A stretch of DNA of 64,000 nt from an uncultured Chloroflexia bacterium. GTDB lineage: Bacteria > Chloroflexota > Limnocylindria > Limnocylindrales > CSP1-4. Below, one piece after another: positions 47,954-57,097 of the stretch. The DNA is taken from assembly GCA_963766675.1 (NCBI GenBank), contig CAVYBA010000003.1, positions 3,567-67,566 on the forward strand, given 5' to 3'. A model generated the notes under the pieces. That model was not told where the DNA came from and made no database searches. It worked only from the letters and a program-made list of their open reading frames with translations. The position numbers were made by a program, and so were the translations under genes. Numbering within the stretch: the first letter of the stretch is position 1; the number at the start of each line of letters is the position of its first letter.

Positions 47954-48937
47954 TTATGCGCCTGCGGCGTGATCGAGGATCCCCGCCATCCATTCGAGCG
48001 CGACCTGGTAGCGCTCATTGGCTCGGCCCCCGTGATTGCCCGCGTTCTCCGTGAAGGTGTGGACGATCCCGGCCTCGGTGAGGCGGTGGCTCAGGACCCG
48101 ATGTCCCCAGTGGAGGTTGTAGTCGTCATGCGATCCGGCGTCGAGCAGGATGCCGCGCAGCCGGCGCAGGTTGTCGAACCGCTCGAGCACATTCACGACC
48201 GGGTCGAAGCTCAACCAGCGGTCCCAGACGTCCTGGCGCAGCTCGCCGCTGGGCCAGGCCACCGGCAGGTCGACGAAGAACGGCGGGTTCTCCGGATTGG
48301 GCGAGTAGGTCGCCGAGTAGTCGTACACGAGCTGCGACCAGATGCTGCTCTCGACCGGGCCGTTCGGCGCCTCGGGCCAGATGTCGTCGAGGAACTTGTA
48401 GAGCATGAACTTGTGGGTCATGTCGAGGAACGAATTGCCCGACAGCATCGCCAGGGCGCCGAACACCTCCGGGTTTCGAGACCCGAGGTTCCAGGCTCCG
48501 AACCCGCCCGACGAGAATCCGAACAAGCCGCGAGAACCGGCGGCCGGAATGGTCCGGTAGGCGGCGTCGACAGCGGGGACGACGTCGTGCAGTACGTACT
48601 GCTCGAAGTTGCCGGTGACGGGTGAATCGACCCACTGGCCGCAGCCCCACTTCGACCAGCCGTCCGGGATGGCGACGATCATCGGCGGTACGCCCATTCG
48701 GCGGAAGACCGGCTCGAGGACGTCTTCGATCGGCGGCCTCCAGCGCAGTCCGTCCGTCGGCGGGTCGACCATCTCGGCGACGGTCTCGCCGTACGCCTGC
48801 AGCAGGTAGGCCGTTGGATAGTGGCGGTCCGAATCCTCGTAGCCTGGCGGCAGATACACGAACAGATCCCGTTCGCTTGGATCGCCCAGCAGGTTGCCGG
48901 CAAGGTGGGCGCTTTCGAGCCGGGTGTGAACGATCAC
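47954..48937 (-). CDS. Putative esterase (Fes/alpha-beta hydrolase family)
   Basis: VYLPPGY....R.YP..YLL, GFSSGGFGA, DAG.HD. Confidence 0.88.
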   Translation of the reverse strand: MIVHTRLESAHLAGNLLGDPSERDLFVYLPPGYEDSDRHYPTAYLLQAYGETVAEMVDPPTDGLRWRPPIEDVLEPVFRRMGVPPMIVAIPDGWSKWGCGQWVDSPVTGNFEQYVLHDVVPAVDAAYRTIPAAGSRGLFGFSSGGFGAWNLGSRNPEVFGALAMLSGNSFLDMTHKFMLYKFLDDIWPEAPNGPVESSIWSQLVYDYSATYSPNPENPPFFVDLPVAWPSGELRQDVWDRWLSFDPVVNVLERFDNLRRLRGILLDAGSHDDYNLHWGHRVLSHRLTEAGIVHTFTENAGNHGGRANERYQVALEWMAGILDHAAGA

Positions 48938-49043
48938 GACGGACCATCCTGAACTTGACGCGCGACCATCGCCCGGCGGGCGACGAAAGCCGACACGCAG
49001 ACGATACAGTGGCTCGCGCCCCCGGGACCCGGGATCCCGCTGA

Positions 49044-49274
49044 TCAGGCGGCGGCGAGTTCCTCAGCGTCGAGCAGCAGGATGCGATCGTGCGGCTTCAC
49101 CCAGTCGAACGAGGTCAGCCTCCCCTTCAGGCTTCGTGGCGCCGGGCGATTGGCGCAGAGGAGCCACAGCGCGCCCGCTTCATCAACCGGGACCATGGGG
49201 GCACCACAGGAGCACAGGCGGTGGGCGTTCTCGGCGGTCTCAACGAGCTCGACAAGTGCATTTCGGTCAGACAT
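49044..49274 (-). CDS. Hypothetical small Cys/His protein
   Basis: LCSCGAPM..V...G.LWLLC...H; GGAG upstream; divergent from TetR. Confidence 0.55.
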   Translation of the reverse strand: MSDRNALVELVETAENAHRLCSCGAPMVPVDEAGALWLLCANRPAPRSLKGRLTSFDWVKPHDRILLLDAEELAAA

Positions 49275-49326
49275 GAGGCGCAAGCTCCCTTGCTATAGAT
49301 ACGTTCCGGCTCGTATCATAACAGCA

Positions 49327-50007
49327 ATGACTGGCGAGAATCAAGACGTTCCGTATCGAAACGTCACCGACACCGAATCGAAACCAGCACACTCGGCCGT
49401 CGCACCGGCTGCCGCAGCCGCCGCTGCGCGCCGGCCCGGCGGTCGTCCGCGCAGCGAGAAGGCGCACCGGGCGATCCTGGACGCGGCGCGTGCCGAGCTC
49501 ATCGAGGAGGGCTTCACGCGTTTCCGTCTCGAGCACGTCGCGGCACGGGCGGGGGTCGGAAAGGCCACGATCTACCGGCGCTGGCGGTCCAAGGAGGCCC
49601 TGGCAGGAGAGCTGCTCGCCGAACTCGCGGCGCCCCACATCGCCGTCGTCGACTCGGGTGACACGCGGGCGGAGCTGGCGAGCTGCACGGACAACGCGCT
49701 TCGCGCGATCCGCGACACGACGTTCGGGCCGGTGGTGCGGGCTCTCCTCTCCCAGATCGCGGCCAATCCTCGTCTCGGCGACCGGTTCCGGGCGACGGTC
49801 GTGCAGGCCAGCCGCGCCGAGATCACGCGCGTGGTGCAGCGGGGGATCGCCCGCGGCGACCTGCGCCCGGATGCCGACCTCGAGATCGCCACGGAGCTCC
49901 TCGTCGGACCCGTCTACTTCCGCCTGGTCTTTGGTGGCGCGCTCGACGACGCCCTGGTGGTCCAGGTCGCCGACGCCGTCATGGAAGCATTCGCCGTCCG
50001 TCGCTGA
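49327..50007 (+). CDS. TetR/AcrR family regulator (TetR_C_11-like)
   Basis: GRPRSE.AH.AILDAA, VAARAGVGKATIYRRW.SK; TATCAT 7 nt before ATG. Confidence 0.9.
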   Translation: MTGENQDVPYRNVTDTESKPAHSAVAPAAAAAAARRPGGRPRSEKAHRAILDAARAELIEEGFTRFRLEHVAARAGVGKATIYRRWRSKEALAGELLAELAAPHIAVVDSGDTRAELASCTDNALRAIRDTTFGPVVRALLSQIAANPRLGDRFRATVVQASRAEITRVVQRGIARGDLRPDADLEIATELLVGPVYFRLVFGGALDDALVVQVADAVMEAFAVRR

Positions 50008-50017
50008 GGGCCCCGAC

Positions 50018-50057
50018 ATCACGTCGACGACGATTCCAAGCGCAGGCCCCCGGCGTC
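50018..50057 (-). pseudogene. Relic of the 3' end of a PIN toxin gene paralogous to 53315-53737
   Basis: 36 of 41 aligned nt identical to 53340-53380; encodes PALGIVVDV. Confidence 0.6.
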
Positions 50058-50278
50058 CGTGCTTGGGGAGCTCGTCGATTCGTTGGGCTTCGAGTATTCG
50101 TCACAGGTCGGTGGTATTCCGAGCGAACGCGACCCCTAGCGGCGTGACGCGCGAGCAAGACCTGCCCGTGGAAATAGAAGGCGACCTGGGCTGCGGCGTA
50201 GGCGGTCAGGGCGGCGTGGCCCGCGCGGCTGCCGCCGGCGAGCGCGGTGAGCCCGACGAGGATCCACAGCTGGGTTGA

Positions 50279-50698
50279 CTACCGTCGCGCGCCGGGAACC
50301 GGCACCTGCCGGACCACGAGGTCGTCGATCCCTGCGAAGTCAGCGGGATTGCACGTGTAGAGCGGCAAACCGTTGGCCAAGGCGATAGCCGCGATCAATG
50401 CATCGAGCGCCCGGGCCGCCGGCTTACGCCCGGATCGGCGGAGCGACGACGCGACATGCCCGAACGTCCGAGCGGCAGCGGCGTCGAACGGGAGGGGGTC
50501 GAAGTCGGCTTCGGCTTGCTGAACGTGCGCGAGGCGGCGGGCGCGCTCGGCCGCGTCGTCCGTCACCAGCGGGCCGACAGAGAGCTCGGCGAGGGTGATG
50601 GCAGAGATCAGCGGGACATCGGGCAGCGCCGACGGATCTCCGATCCGCGGCAACAGGAGCAGCGTGCTCGTGTCAAGCAGGCCCTCGGGATCGCTCAC
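50279..50698 (-). CDS. vapC: VapC-like PIN domain toxin
   Basis: LLDTS, ISAITLAEL..G, DALIAA.A....L.LYT.NP.DF; GTGA overlap with antitoxin. Confidence 0.92.
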   Translation of the reverse strand: MSDPEGLLDTSTLLLLPRIGDPSALPDVPLISAITLAELSVGPLVTDDAAERARRLAHVQQAEADFDPLPFDAAAARTFGHVASSLRRSGRKPAARALDALIAAIALANGLPLYTCNPADFAGIDDLVVRQVPVPGARR

Positions 50699-50931
50699 AG
50701 ATCGGGTTCGATCACCGAGTCGAGGTCGCGCCGCAGCCTCGTCGGTTCGACTGCCGGTAGTCGCCGCCACCGCTCGAGAAGGGCTGCTGCGGACAGGCCT
50801 CGCGGCCGCAGGGGTCGCAACTCGGCGACCGCGCGACCGTCGCGGGTGACCGTCACGTGTCCGCCGGCCTCGACTCGGTCGACGACCTCGCCCCCGCGGT
50901 TGCGCAGCTCACGGATCGTCACGGTGTCCAC
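50695..50931 (-). CDS. Phd/YefM family antitoxin
   Basis: VTIRELRN.GGEV.DRVEAG..V.VTRDGR.VAEL.P. Confidence 0.92.
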   Translation of the reverse strand: MDTVTIRELRNRGGEVVDRVEAGGHVTVTRDGRAVAELRPLRPRGLSAAALLERWRRLPAVEPTRLRRDLDSVIEPDL

Positions 50932-50940
50932 AGTCCGAGT

Positions 50941-50956
50941 GTATCACCGGTGATAC
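50941..50956. promoter_or_regulatory. Perfect 16-bp palindrome, likely TA autorepression operator
   Basis: GTATCACCGGTGATAC overlapping the TACACT -10 element. Confidence 0.75.
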
Positions 50957-51015
50957 GATCGTCAAGTCGTCACCACGCCGGAAACGAGGATCAGTCCGGT
51001 GCGGTTAGGTCGGTT

Positions 51016-51037
51016 TGGTCGGGGCGAGAGGATTTGA
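51016..51037 (-). repeat. att-like site 1: 22-nt 3' end of tRNA-Pro
   Basis: Reverse complement TCAAATCCTCTCGCCCCGACCA = T-loop, T-stem, acceptor strand, ACCA. Confidence 0.8.
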
Positions 51038-51125
51038 CCCCGCGGAACGTAGCTCCTCGCGTCGCCCGAGGCGCTCCAAGAACGCAGGGAGACTCTCACC
51101 CAGCCAAAGTGGCCGGCCGGCCGAC

Positions 51126-52691
51126 CTACGGACCAAATACCTCGACCTCGCGCCAGGCCACCCACGACGGGCTGGCCACGGTTTCCACCCGGATCGCCTT
51201 CACACCCCGCATGGGTGTCGGCAGCACGTACCTCAGCACCTGCTCGTCCTCGGTCATCCCGTGAAACCGATGGAGCAGCACGAGCGAGCCGTTGCCGAGG
51301 CGTGCGTACAGCCGGTGGTCGGTGGGACCCGCCGGATACTGAGAAACGATCAGTCGGACGTCAGCGATTGTGTGGACACCGCCGAGGTCGACCTCGATCC
51401 AGCCGGGCGGCCCGGTGCCGCTGCTCCACAGCGTGTCGGGGTCGCCGTCCAGCGCGCCCTTGGCGGGCGACCCGGCAATCGATCGAGACCCCGTAGCCTT
51501 GTGGCCCAAGGCGAGATTCGCGGCGGCGCCCGGCACCGACCCGAGCGCCGCGTGATTTCGGAAGTAGGTGACGACGAGCCCGCTGAAGGTGGCGGGGTCG
51601 GTGTCTGGCAGCACCCGGTCGGGCTGGAGCATCCACGACTGGAATAGCACGTGGTCAGGGGCTGATCCGGCGGCCTCGAAGGCCTTGACGCGCGCGCCGG
51701 CAAGGGCGATCCAGGCCGCCCGATCAGTCTCGCTGCCACCGTTGTAGATCATGCCGATCGGAACGCCGCGTGACCTGGCAGACGAAGCCGCTTCCTGGGC
51801 GAGCGCGGGCCAGCCGCTACGCGACCAGTCGGCGTCAAGGTGGAGGAACGCGAACGGCTCGCCGCCCGCCGCACGATACGCGTCCAGCCACTCCCCCAAC
51901 CCGGCGGCTGACACAGGCGCCGGGAGCGGCTCGGTGTCACCGATGACGACAGCCGGGAAGACCGCACGCATCTGGTCGCGATAGGCCACCACGCCGGCGG
52001 CGATCCGATCCAGCGGCCAATGACAGGCATTCGGCCCGTCGTAAACGTGGGCGAAGAAGTAGGGCTCATCGAAGGCGATGATGTCGATGCGCCCGCCCGC
52101 GGCCAGGATCCTGGCCGCGATGAGCCGGCCCTCGTCCAGGCCGGCAAAGCTCTCCACGCCGGTCCCGCACCCCGAAGTGGCGTCCAGTGGCCCCGCCTCC
52201 ACGGCCAGGGCCATGCCTCGGCTGGCGATGCCCGCGACGGCCTCGCGCAGTTGATTGGGCGTGGCGTGGTAGGCCACCCACTCCCCGTAGAGCTTGTATA
52301 CGCCGATATACCGGGCGGCGGTGGACCAGGGCGCTCCAGCTTGGAACTGGGCCATGAAGTCGGTCGATCCCGTCCGGCCGGGCATCGGCGGCAGGGGCGC
52401 GAACCAGGCGAGCGGCCGCGCCGATAGGTCGACGGGCGTCGCGCCGGGCGTCGGGGCGGTTGACGGCGCAGATATCGCGGGCGTCGCCGCCACCACCGAC
52501 GGAACGATTGAAGCCGGCCTGCCCGACCCCAATGTGGTGACCGGAGGCTCAGCCGAACCTGCAGGAGCGCCGGTGGCCCGCGAGCGTGCCGGGGTGGACG
52601 TAGGCCCTGGGGCTGCGCAACCGGTTGCAAGTGCCACCATGACCGCGACGACCGCCAAGCTGCTTATGCCAACTCGCTTCGGCCTCGCCAT
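51126..52691 (-). CDS. Secreted/lipoprotein with putative glycoside-hydrolase-like domain and C-terminal discoidin (F5/8 type C) domain
   Basis: Start MARPKR, hydrophobic stretch ending LATGC, P/T/A linker, FDEPYF, ALDGDPDTLWSSG...WIEVDLG...EVEVFG. Confidence 0.75.
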   Translation of the reverse strand: MARPKRVGISSLAVVAVMVALATGCAAPGPTSTPARSRATGAPAGSAEPPVTTLGSGRPASIVPSVVAATPAISAPSTAPTPGATPVDLSARPLAWFAPLPPMPGRTGSTDFMAQFQAGAPWSTAARYIGVYKLYGEWVAYHATPNQLREAVAGIASRGMALAVEAGPLDATSGCGTGVESFAGLDEGRLIAARILAAGGRIDIIAFDEPYFFAHVYDGPNACHWPLDRIAAGVVAYRDQMRAVFPAVVIGDTEPLPAPVSAAGLGEWLDAYRAAGGEPFAFLHLDADWSRSGWPALAQEAASSARSRGVPIGMIYNGGSETDRAAWIALAGARVKAFEAAGSAPDHVLFQSWMLQPDRVLPDTDPATFSGLVVTYFRNHAALGSVPGAAANLALGHKATGSRSIAGSPAKGALDGDPDTLWSSGTGPPGWIEVDLGGVHTIADVRLIVSQYPAGPTDHRLYARLGNGSLVLLHRFHGMTEDEQVLRYVLPTPMRGVKAIRVETVASPSWVAWREVEVFGP

Positions 52692-53269
52692 CGCACCCTC
52701 CTTCTCGACGCGCGTCGATGATGCGCCAGGATGGCGTCGCCCTGATGCGACGGGCTCGAGTGCTCGGCTCGGCGGCGTCGTGAGATAGCCCATCTCGCGC
52801 CCCACCGCCACCGCTCACGCAGGCCGCACGTCAGCGGGCGCCTTCGGCCGCCTCGCGCTCATGTCTCCGGAGAATCCGACGATCGTCTTCCTGATCGCGA
52901 TGGTCGGATATCTGGCCCGGGTGATGGAGAGGGAGCGCGCGTCGCGGGTCGAGCCGCGGCTCGCAAGACACCGAGGAGGTGCGGCATTGAGCGTGACCAT
53001 CTGAGCGATAAGCGCGCCGATTGGCATCAAGGTCAGCCGGAGTGGCCAGTCCAACTTTGGATGGCGTCGAACGCCGTGCTGGTTCTGTTTCGCCGTCGGC
53101 GCAAAGGGTACTGGCCCACCGAGTGGTCCTGCGAATGTCCCGAGCCCCCCGGCCGGCTTTCCAGGGGTACATCTGGGTTGGACTGCCAAGAGGGCGAGCT
53201 GATAGTGAATTGGGTGACGGACGAGCGATGGAGTGCTGGCGCTCCAAGCCGACCGCCGAAGAGGTCGTT

Positions 53270-53285
53270 TGGTCGGGGCGAGAGG
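53270..53285 (-). repeat. att-like site 2
   Basis: TGGTCGGGGCGAGAGG; inside a 37-bp perfect repeat shared with site 6. Confidence 0.8.
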
Positions 53286-53314
53286 CTTAGCCCCCAGACG
53301 AACCGGGGCGTCGC

Positions 53315-53737
53315 TTATCCCGGGTCTTGCCCAGGCGAGATCACGTCGACGACGATCCCGAGCGCTGGCCACCTGGCGTCTGTCGTGACGATCCTGTCGG
53401 CTCCCAGCACCTGCGCGGTGGCGACGACGAGGGCGTCGGGAAGGCGCAACGCCCGCCCGTGCATGGCTCGCAAGGCGGCGGCAGCGGCAGCGATCGCCCG
53501 CGAGGCTGGTTCGACCCGAGCCGGCAGTGCATCGACGAACCGGTCGGTCGTCGCGACCGCCTCCGCACCCCGCCGGGATGGGGAGACGAGGCATTCGGCG
53601 TATGTCGAGGCTGGAAGCACGAGCTCGTCGCCGCGCCGCCGGGCCGCCGTCAGGGCCTCCCGTGCCTGGGCATGGTGCGGGTCGCCGGAGTCGAGGATGG
53701 CGATCACGAGCCCGGCGTCGAGGACAGTCAGTCCCAT
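53315..53737 (-). CDS. PIN domain toxin (VapC-like)
   Basis: VLDAG.VIA.LD..D.HH, YAECLV, LRLPDALVVATA, IVTTD. Confidence 0.9.
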   Translation of the reverse strand: MGLTVLDAGLVIAILDSGDPHHAQAREALTAARRRGDELVLPASTYAECLVSPSRRGAEAVATTDRFVDALPARVEPASRAIAAAAAALRAMHGRALRLPDALVVATAQVLGADRIVTTDARWPALGIVVDVISPGQDPG

Positions 53738-53976
53738 TCGTCGCGCAGGGCGTCAAGGTCGCCCGGCTCGAAGACCCCGGTGAGCGCGCCGGCGAATTGG
53801 GTCACCGGGTCGGCGTCGAGAATCAGGAGGACCTCGCCCGGACCACGTACCTCCGCGCGAAGGGCATCACCCGTCCGCAGTCCCGCGCCGCGAAGGGTCT
53901 CGACGGGCAGCGTCACCTGGTGCTTCGCACTGACACGCGTATACCCGCGTCGGCGTTGCTTGACTCGTTCCTTCAT
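53728..53976 (-). CDS. AbrB/MazE/SpoVT-type antitoxin
   Basis: TRVSAKHQVTLP...LR.AGLR.GD.L; overlaps the PIN gene. Confidence 0.88.
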   Translation of the reverse strand: MKERVKQRRRGYTRVSAKHQVTLPVETLRGAGLRTGDALRAEVRGPGEVLLILDADPVTQFAGALTGVFEPGDLDALRDEWD

Positions 53977-53986
53977 GAGTCAAGCA
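53957..53986. promoter_or_regulatory. 10-10-10 inverted repeat straddling the antitoxin start codon, likely operator
   Basis: TGCTTGACTC-N10-GAGTCAAGCA. Confidence 0.7.
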
Positions 53987-54073
53987 TAGTGCCATGGACG
54001 CGTCCCGGCAATGCCAGTCAATCCGAGGCACGTGCGGGGACCGAGGTGCGGCCCGGTGGCGTTGGGTCGAGTC

Positions 54074-54092
54074 TGGTCGGGGCGAGAGGATT
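54074..54092 (-). repeat. att-like site 3
   Basis: TGGTCGGGGCGAGAGGATT. Confidence 0.8.
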
Positions 54093-54232
54093 AGAGCCGA
54101 CACGGCGTCGCCAGTTCGGATCATCCCGGTGACGAACGTTCCGAGCTACGTCGACCGAGCCTCGGAGATCGCCTAGGTCTGCGACGATAAGCGGGTACCG
54201 GCAAGGGGCGCGCGCCTGCAGGCTCGGCTGGG

Positions 54233-54610
54233 TCAGGTTGCCTCGGGACCGTCCAGGTTGACCGTCACCGGGCCCTGGCCGACGCGGACGACGACGCCGT
54301 CGTTAGGGTCGGCACCGGCGTTGCCCTCGCGGTGCACGACGCCCTTCGGGATCAGCACGAAGTCCCCGGGCGCGACTTCGATCCGCTCGGACCCGCCGGG
54401 GCCAAACTCCACGAAGAACCGGCCGCGGGTGACGTGCCCGTACGTGTCGTGGCCGGGGTGGACGTGCCAGTCCAATTCCTGGTGCGGGGTGTTCTCGATA
54501 CGACCGACCCAGACGTGCCCATCAGCGAACGCCTCGAAGCGCGTGACGCCCGGCGTAGCGGTCTCGACGCCCAGGAGCTGGTCCTTCGTGACCAGGGTCG
54601 GCCGGTCCAT
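54233..54610 (-). CDS. Cupin domain protein
   Basis: WHVHP.HDTY, PGDFV.IPKG.VHRE; GGAGG RBS. Confidence 0.88.
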   Translation of the reverse strand: MDRPTLVTKDQLLGVETATPGVTRFEAFADGHVWVGRIENTPHQELDWHVHPGHDTYGHVTRGRFFVEFGPGGSERIEVAPGDFVLIPKGVVHREGNAGADPNDGVVVRVGQGPVTVNLDGPEAT

Positions 54611-54693
54611 GTTCCACCCTCCCTGAGCGAGCCGCGGCGAGGCCGAAGCAGATCCCGGAGTGTACTAAACGCGGGTAGATCGTTTGGTACTTC

Positions 54694-54708
54694 TGGTCGG
54701 GGCGAGAG
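54694..54708 (-). repeat. att-like site 4
   Basis: TGGTCGGGGCGAGAG. Confidence 0.78.
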
Positions 54709-54921
54709 ATAGCGCCAACACGTTCCAACTGTCCATCAGGATCGATGGCGGACGCGTCCCGAACCGTGCGTCGGACATCGCGTAGGCAGCATCCGCAGAG
54801 ATAGGGACTGGCGTTAGCGGCGTGCCCCCGACGGACTCGAACCCCCCAATGGCAAGGCATTGTGCTGGACTCCACCTCGAACTCGGATGAGTGGCGGCCA
54901 TCCGGGCGAGGGCTGAGTCCT

Positions 54922-55593
54922 TCAGGGTGATTGCAGGAGAAGATGCCAGTACGCCCAGTCCTCGTGCGCCTCCGTGTCCTGCTCGACAACGGCGAGACGT
55001 TCGGCCTCGACCCAGCGCATGACCTGGTCACGGCCGGGGTAGTAGTGGTAGCCCGCAACATCGCCTTCGATGACCTCGCCCCTGACAACCGGCAAGCCCT
55101 GCCCGACGAGGTCACTGAACGCCTCGTCGACCACGGCTTCAGCGACCTCCTCGACGGTCAGATACAGATGGCCGCCCGGGCGTACGGCACGATGGAGATT
55201 TGCGATGACAAGCGGCCAGTCCTCAGGGAAGACGTTCTCCATCGCGTCGATGGTCATGACGGCGTCGAATTCGGCCTCGAAGCGCAGCTCCTGGAGACCG
55301 ACCTGGTGGAGGGCGTCGGCGATCCCTCTCGCCCGGGCCTGTTCGAGCATCCCCACCGACTGGTCGATGCCGACGACACGGCGACCGGCAGCCGCGACCT
55401 GCGGGAAGTACTGACCCGTCCCGCACGGGGCGTCGAGCACAAGCCCGTCAGGCGGGCACGTCGCCACGAGCCGCTCGACGAACCGGTGCTGCGTGTCGAC
55501 CCGGTATGGGTGCTCGTCGTACGTTCGAGCCTCTGCGTTGTACGCAGCCTCGACCGCCGCCCGTCGTTCAAGGAGCCACGCCCGGCGGTCCAT
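54922..55593 (-). CDS. Class I SAM-dependent methyltransferase
   Basis: VLDAPCGTG, GIDQS.GML, FDAV..IDAME, PGG.LYL. Confidence 0.9.
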   Translation of the reverse strand: MDRRAWLLERRAAVEAAYNAEARTYDEHPYRVDTQHRFVERLVATCPPDGLVLDAPCGTGQYFPQVAAAGRRVVGIDQSVGMLEQARARGIADALHQVGLQELRFEAEFDAVMTIDAMENVFPEDWPLVIANLHRAVRPGGHLYLTVEEVAEAVVDEAFSDLVGQGLPVVRGEVIEGDVAGYHYYPGRDQVMRWVEAERLAVVEQDTEAHEDWAYWHLLLQSP

Positions 55594-55739
55594 GTCGCAC
55601 ATCTCCCATGCAATGGCGGATCCAACTTGTCGAGCCACCATCCTCCCACGTCCGGATCAGACGTCTGGGCACCTTGTGGGCAGCGGCGGGCAGGCTCTGG
55701 GCACATACACGCGTCACTTGGGCAGCGTCTGGGCACCTC

Positions 55740-56314
55740 GACGCTCTGCCCTGGGCACTCCCGTCCGCGACCCCGACCAGACCAAAGGGATGGCGCGGTC
55801 GCCGCGACGGGTAAGGGGTGCGGCCGGAAGGTCTACGAGGACGCCATTGGCAAGGTCCTGGATCGAGTTGCGCTCGGAGCCGGCTCGCTCACCCAGGTCG
55901 TCGGAATGGTCGCCGTTTCTGCGTCATCGCCTGATGAGCAGGCGCTCGTCCGCACCGAGCGGGAGCGTGACGCTGCCGTGGCGCGATACCGGCGGGACCG
56001 TGACAGCGCGTCGCTCGATCAGGCGATGGCCCGGCTGGACGCCGAAGAGCGGGAGGCTCGTCGCCCTCGCGACATCGATGGGGTCCCCGCCGATGTGGCG
56101 GTCCGCTACCTCCGGGAGCTGACGACGACCTAGAAGAAGGCAGACGGCGGCTCGGGTCGGCGGATGCTGGCGGAGGGCCCTGTGCAGCCGGATCGAGGTG
56201 TTGGGCGCAAGGCAGGCCACGATCCACCTCAGCGACGCAGCGGTGGCGTACGGGTTCGCGGCGGCGATCCCTGACCGGCTCGATGTGACAGTTGGGAATG
56301 GTCGGGCGAGAGGA
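55740..56314 (+). pseudogene. Decayed C-terminal part of a probable large serine recombinase, running into att site 5
   Basis: YEDAIGKVL..., coiled coil RTERERDAAVARYRRDRD, in-frame TAG at 56131-56133, +1 frameshift, then LCSRIEVLGARQATIHLSDAAVAYGFAAAIPDRLDVTVGNGR(GER). Family call from recalled resemblance; catalytic domain absent. Confidence 0.55.
56299..56314 (-). repeat. att-like site 5 (one G deleted)
   Basis: TGGTCGGGCGAGAGGA followed by cttGCCCCGACA. Confidence 0.75.
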
Positions 56315-56336
56315 CTTGCCCCGACAAACCGGGGCG

Positions 56337-56604
56337 GCCGAGGGCAACCCGCTCTTCGTCGAGCAGTTCGTTGCGTACATCTCCGGACCAGGCCGTCCCT
56401 GACGGAAGCCGTCTTGGCGACCGGACACCGCCCGATCTCGTCATCCCGCCGACGATCGGCGCACTCCTCGCGGCGCGTCTCGATCGCCTGCCGGATGTCG
56501 AGCGCCGTCTCCTCGAGCGGGCTGCCGTCGTTGGGCGAACGTTCTGGCATGTGCTGCTGCTTGGGCGGATACGTCCCGAAACGTGCGATCGCGCTGACGG
56601 ATGA
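56337..56604 (+). pseudogene. Internal fragment of a STAND ATPase/adenylate cyclase gene
   Basis: AEGNPLFVEQ..., IPPTIGALLAARLDRLP..ERRLLERAAVVGRTFW; no start or cyclase domain. Confidence 0.75.
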
Positions 56605-56660
56605 TCCGCCAGCGCGATCCGGGCCCGGCTGGAGGCCGTCCTCGGCCCCTGCTGGCATGT

Positions 56661-57014
56661 CTAGCCGTAGACGAGGACCTTGTAACCCGCCTTCGTGACC
56701 AGCTTGAGGCTCATCCACTGGCCCGACACGGTTGTCACGTTGACTCGTGGCGTGACCAGCTGGGCGCTGCCCCTATCGTCCCGGTTCAGCTGATACGCCG
56801 CGACGTTGCCGGTGACGAGAACCGCCAACACCAGGGTGCCGACGGGTCCACTGAGCCGGCGAGCGAGTCGCGCCGGGGTTCCACGCCGCTGCGTTGTTGC
56901 GATCCCTGCTGACATCATCAGCCTCCTGCCCTTTGTTGCGATAGCCGCGAGGAACCGACCTCGGCGGCGGATGGGACGGTGGACGGCGGGGTTCGAGTTG
57001 ATCTGCGTGTCCAT
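56661..57014 (-). CDS. Hypothetical protein with single TM/signal segment
   Basis: AAGGAGG before ATG 57014, second GGAGG before an internal ATG; GTLVLAVLVTGNVAA. Confidence 0.5.
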   Translation of the reverse strand: MDTQINSNPAVHRPIRRRGRFLAAIATKGRRLMMSAGIATTQRRGTPARLARRLSGPVGTLVLAVLVTGNVAAYQLNRDDRGSAQLVTPRVNVTTVSGQWMSLKLVTKAGYKVLVYG

Positions 57015-57097
57015 GGTTTGCCTCCTTGAGGGCGTCGTCGGCCAATGCCGGGTCGCCTGGATGGAATTGCTGTTGGTGGGATTCGGCTGGGCTGGGT

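Noticed and set aside
50100-50145. Possible seventh att site (AGGTCGGTGGTATTCCGAGCG...GCGACCCCTAG)
   Set aside because: Shares only AGGTCGG and TGGT with site 1 and an 11-nt resemblance to other tRNA ends; not supportable.
51016-51100. Intact tRNA-Pro
   Set aside because: The match stops after 22 nt inside the T-loop; no anticodon or D arm can be folded.
51015-51647. ORF starting MVGARGFDP
   Set aside because: Typical antisense-tRNA translation overlapping the discoidin gene on the other strand.
52861-53260. Short ORFs between the discoidin gene and site 2
   Set aside because: Several overlapping frames, none with a clear start or recognisable motif; possibly gene debris.
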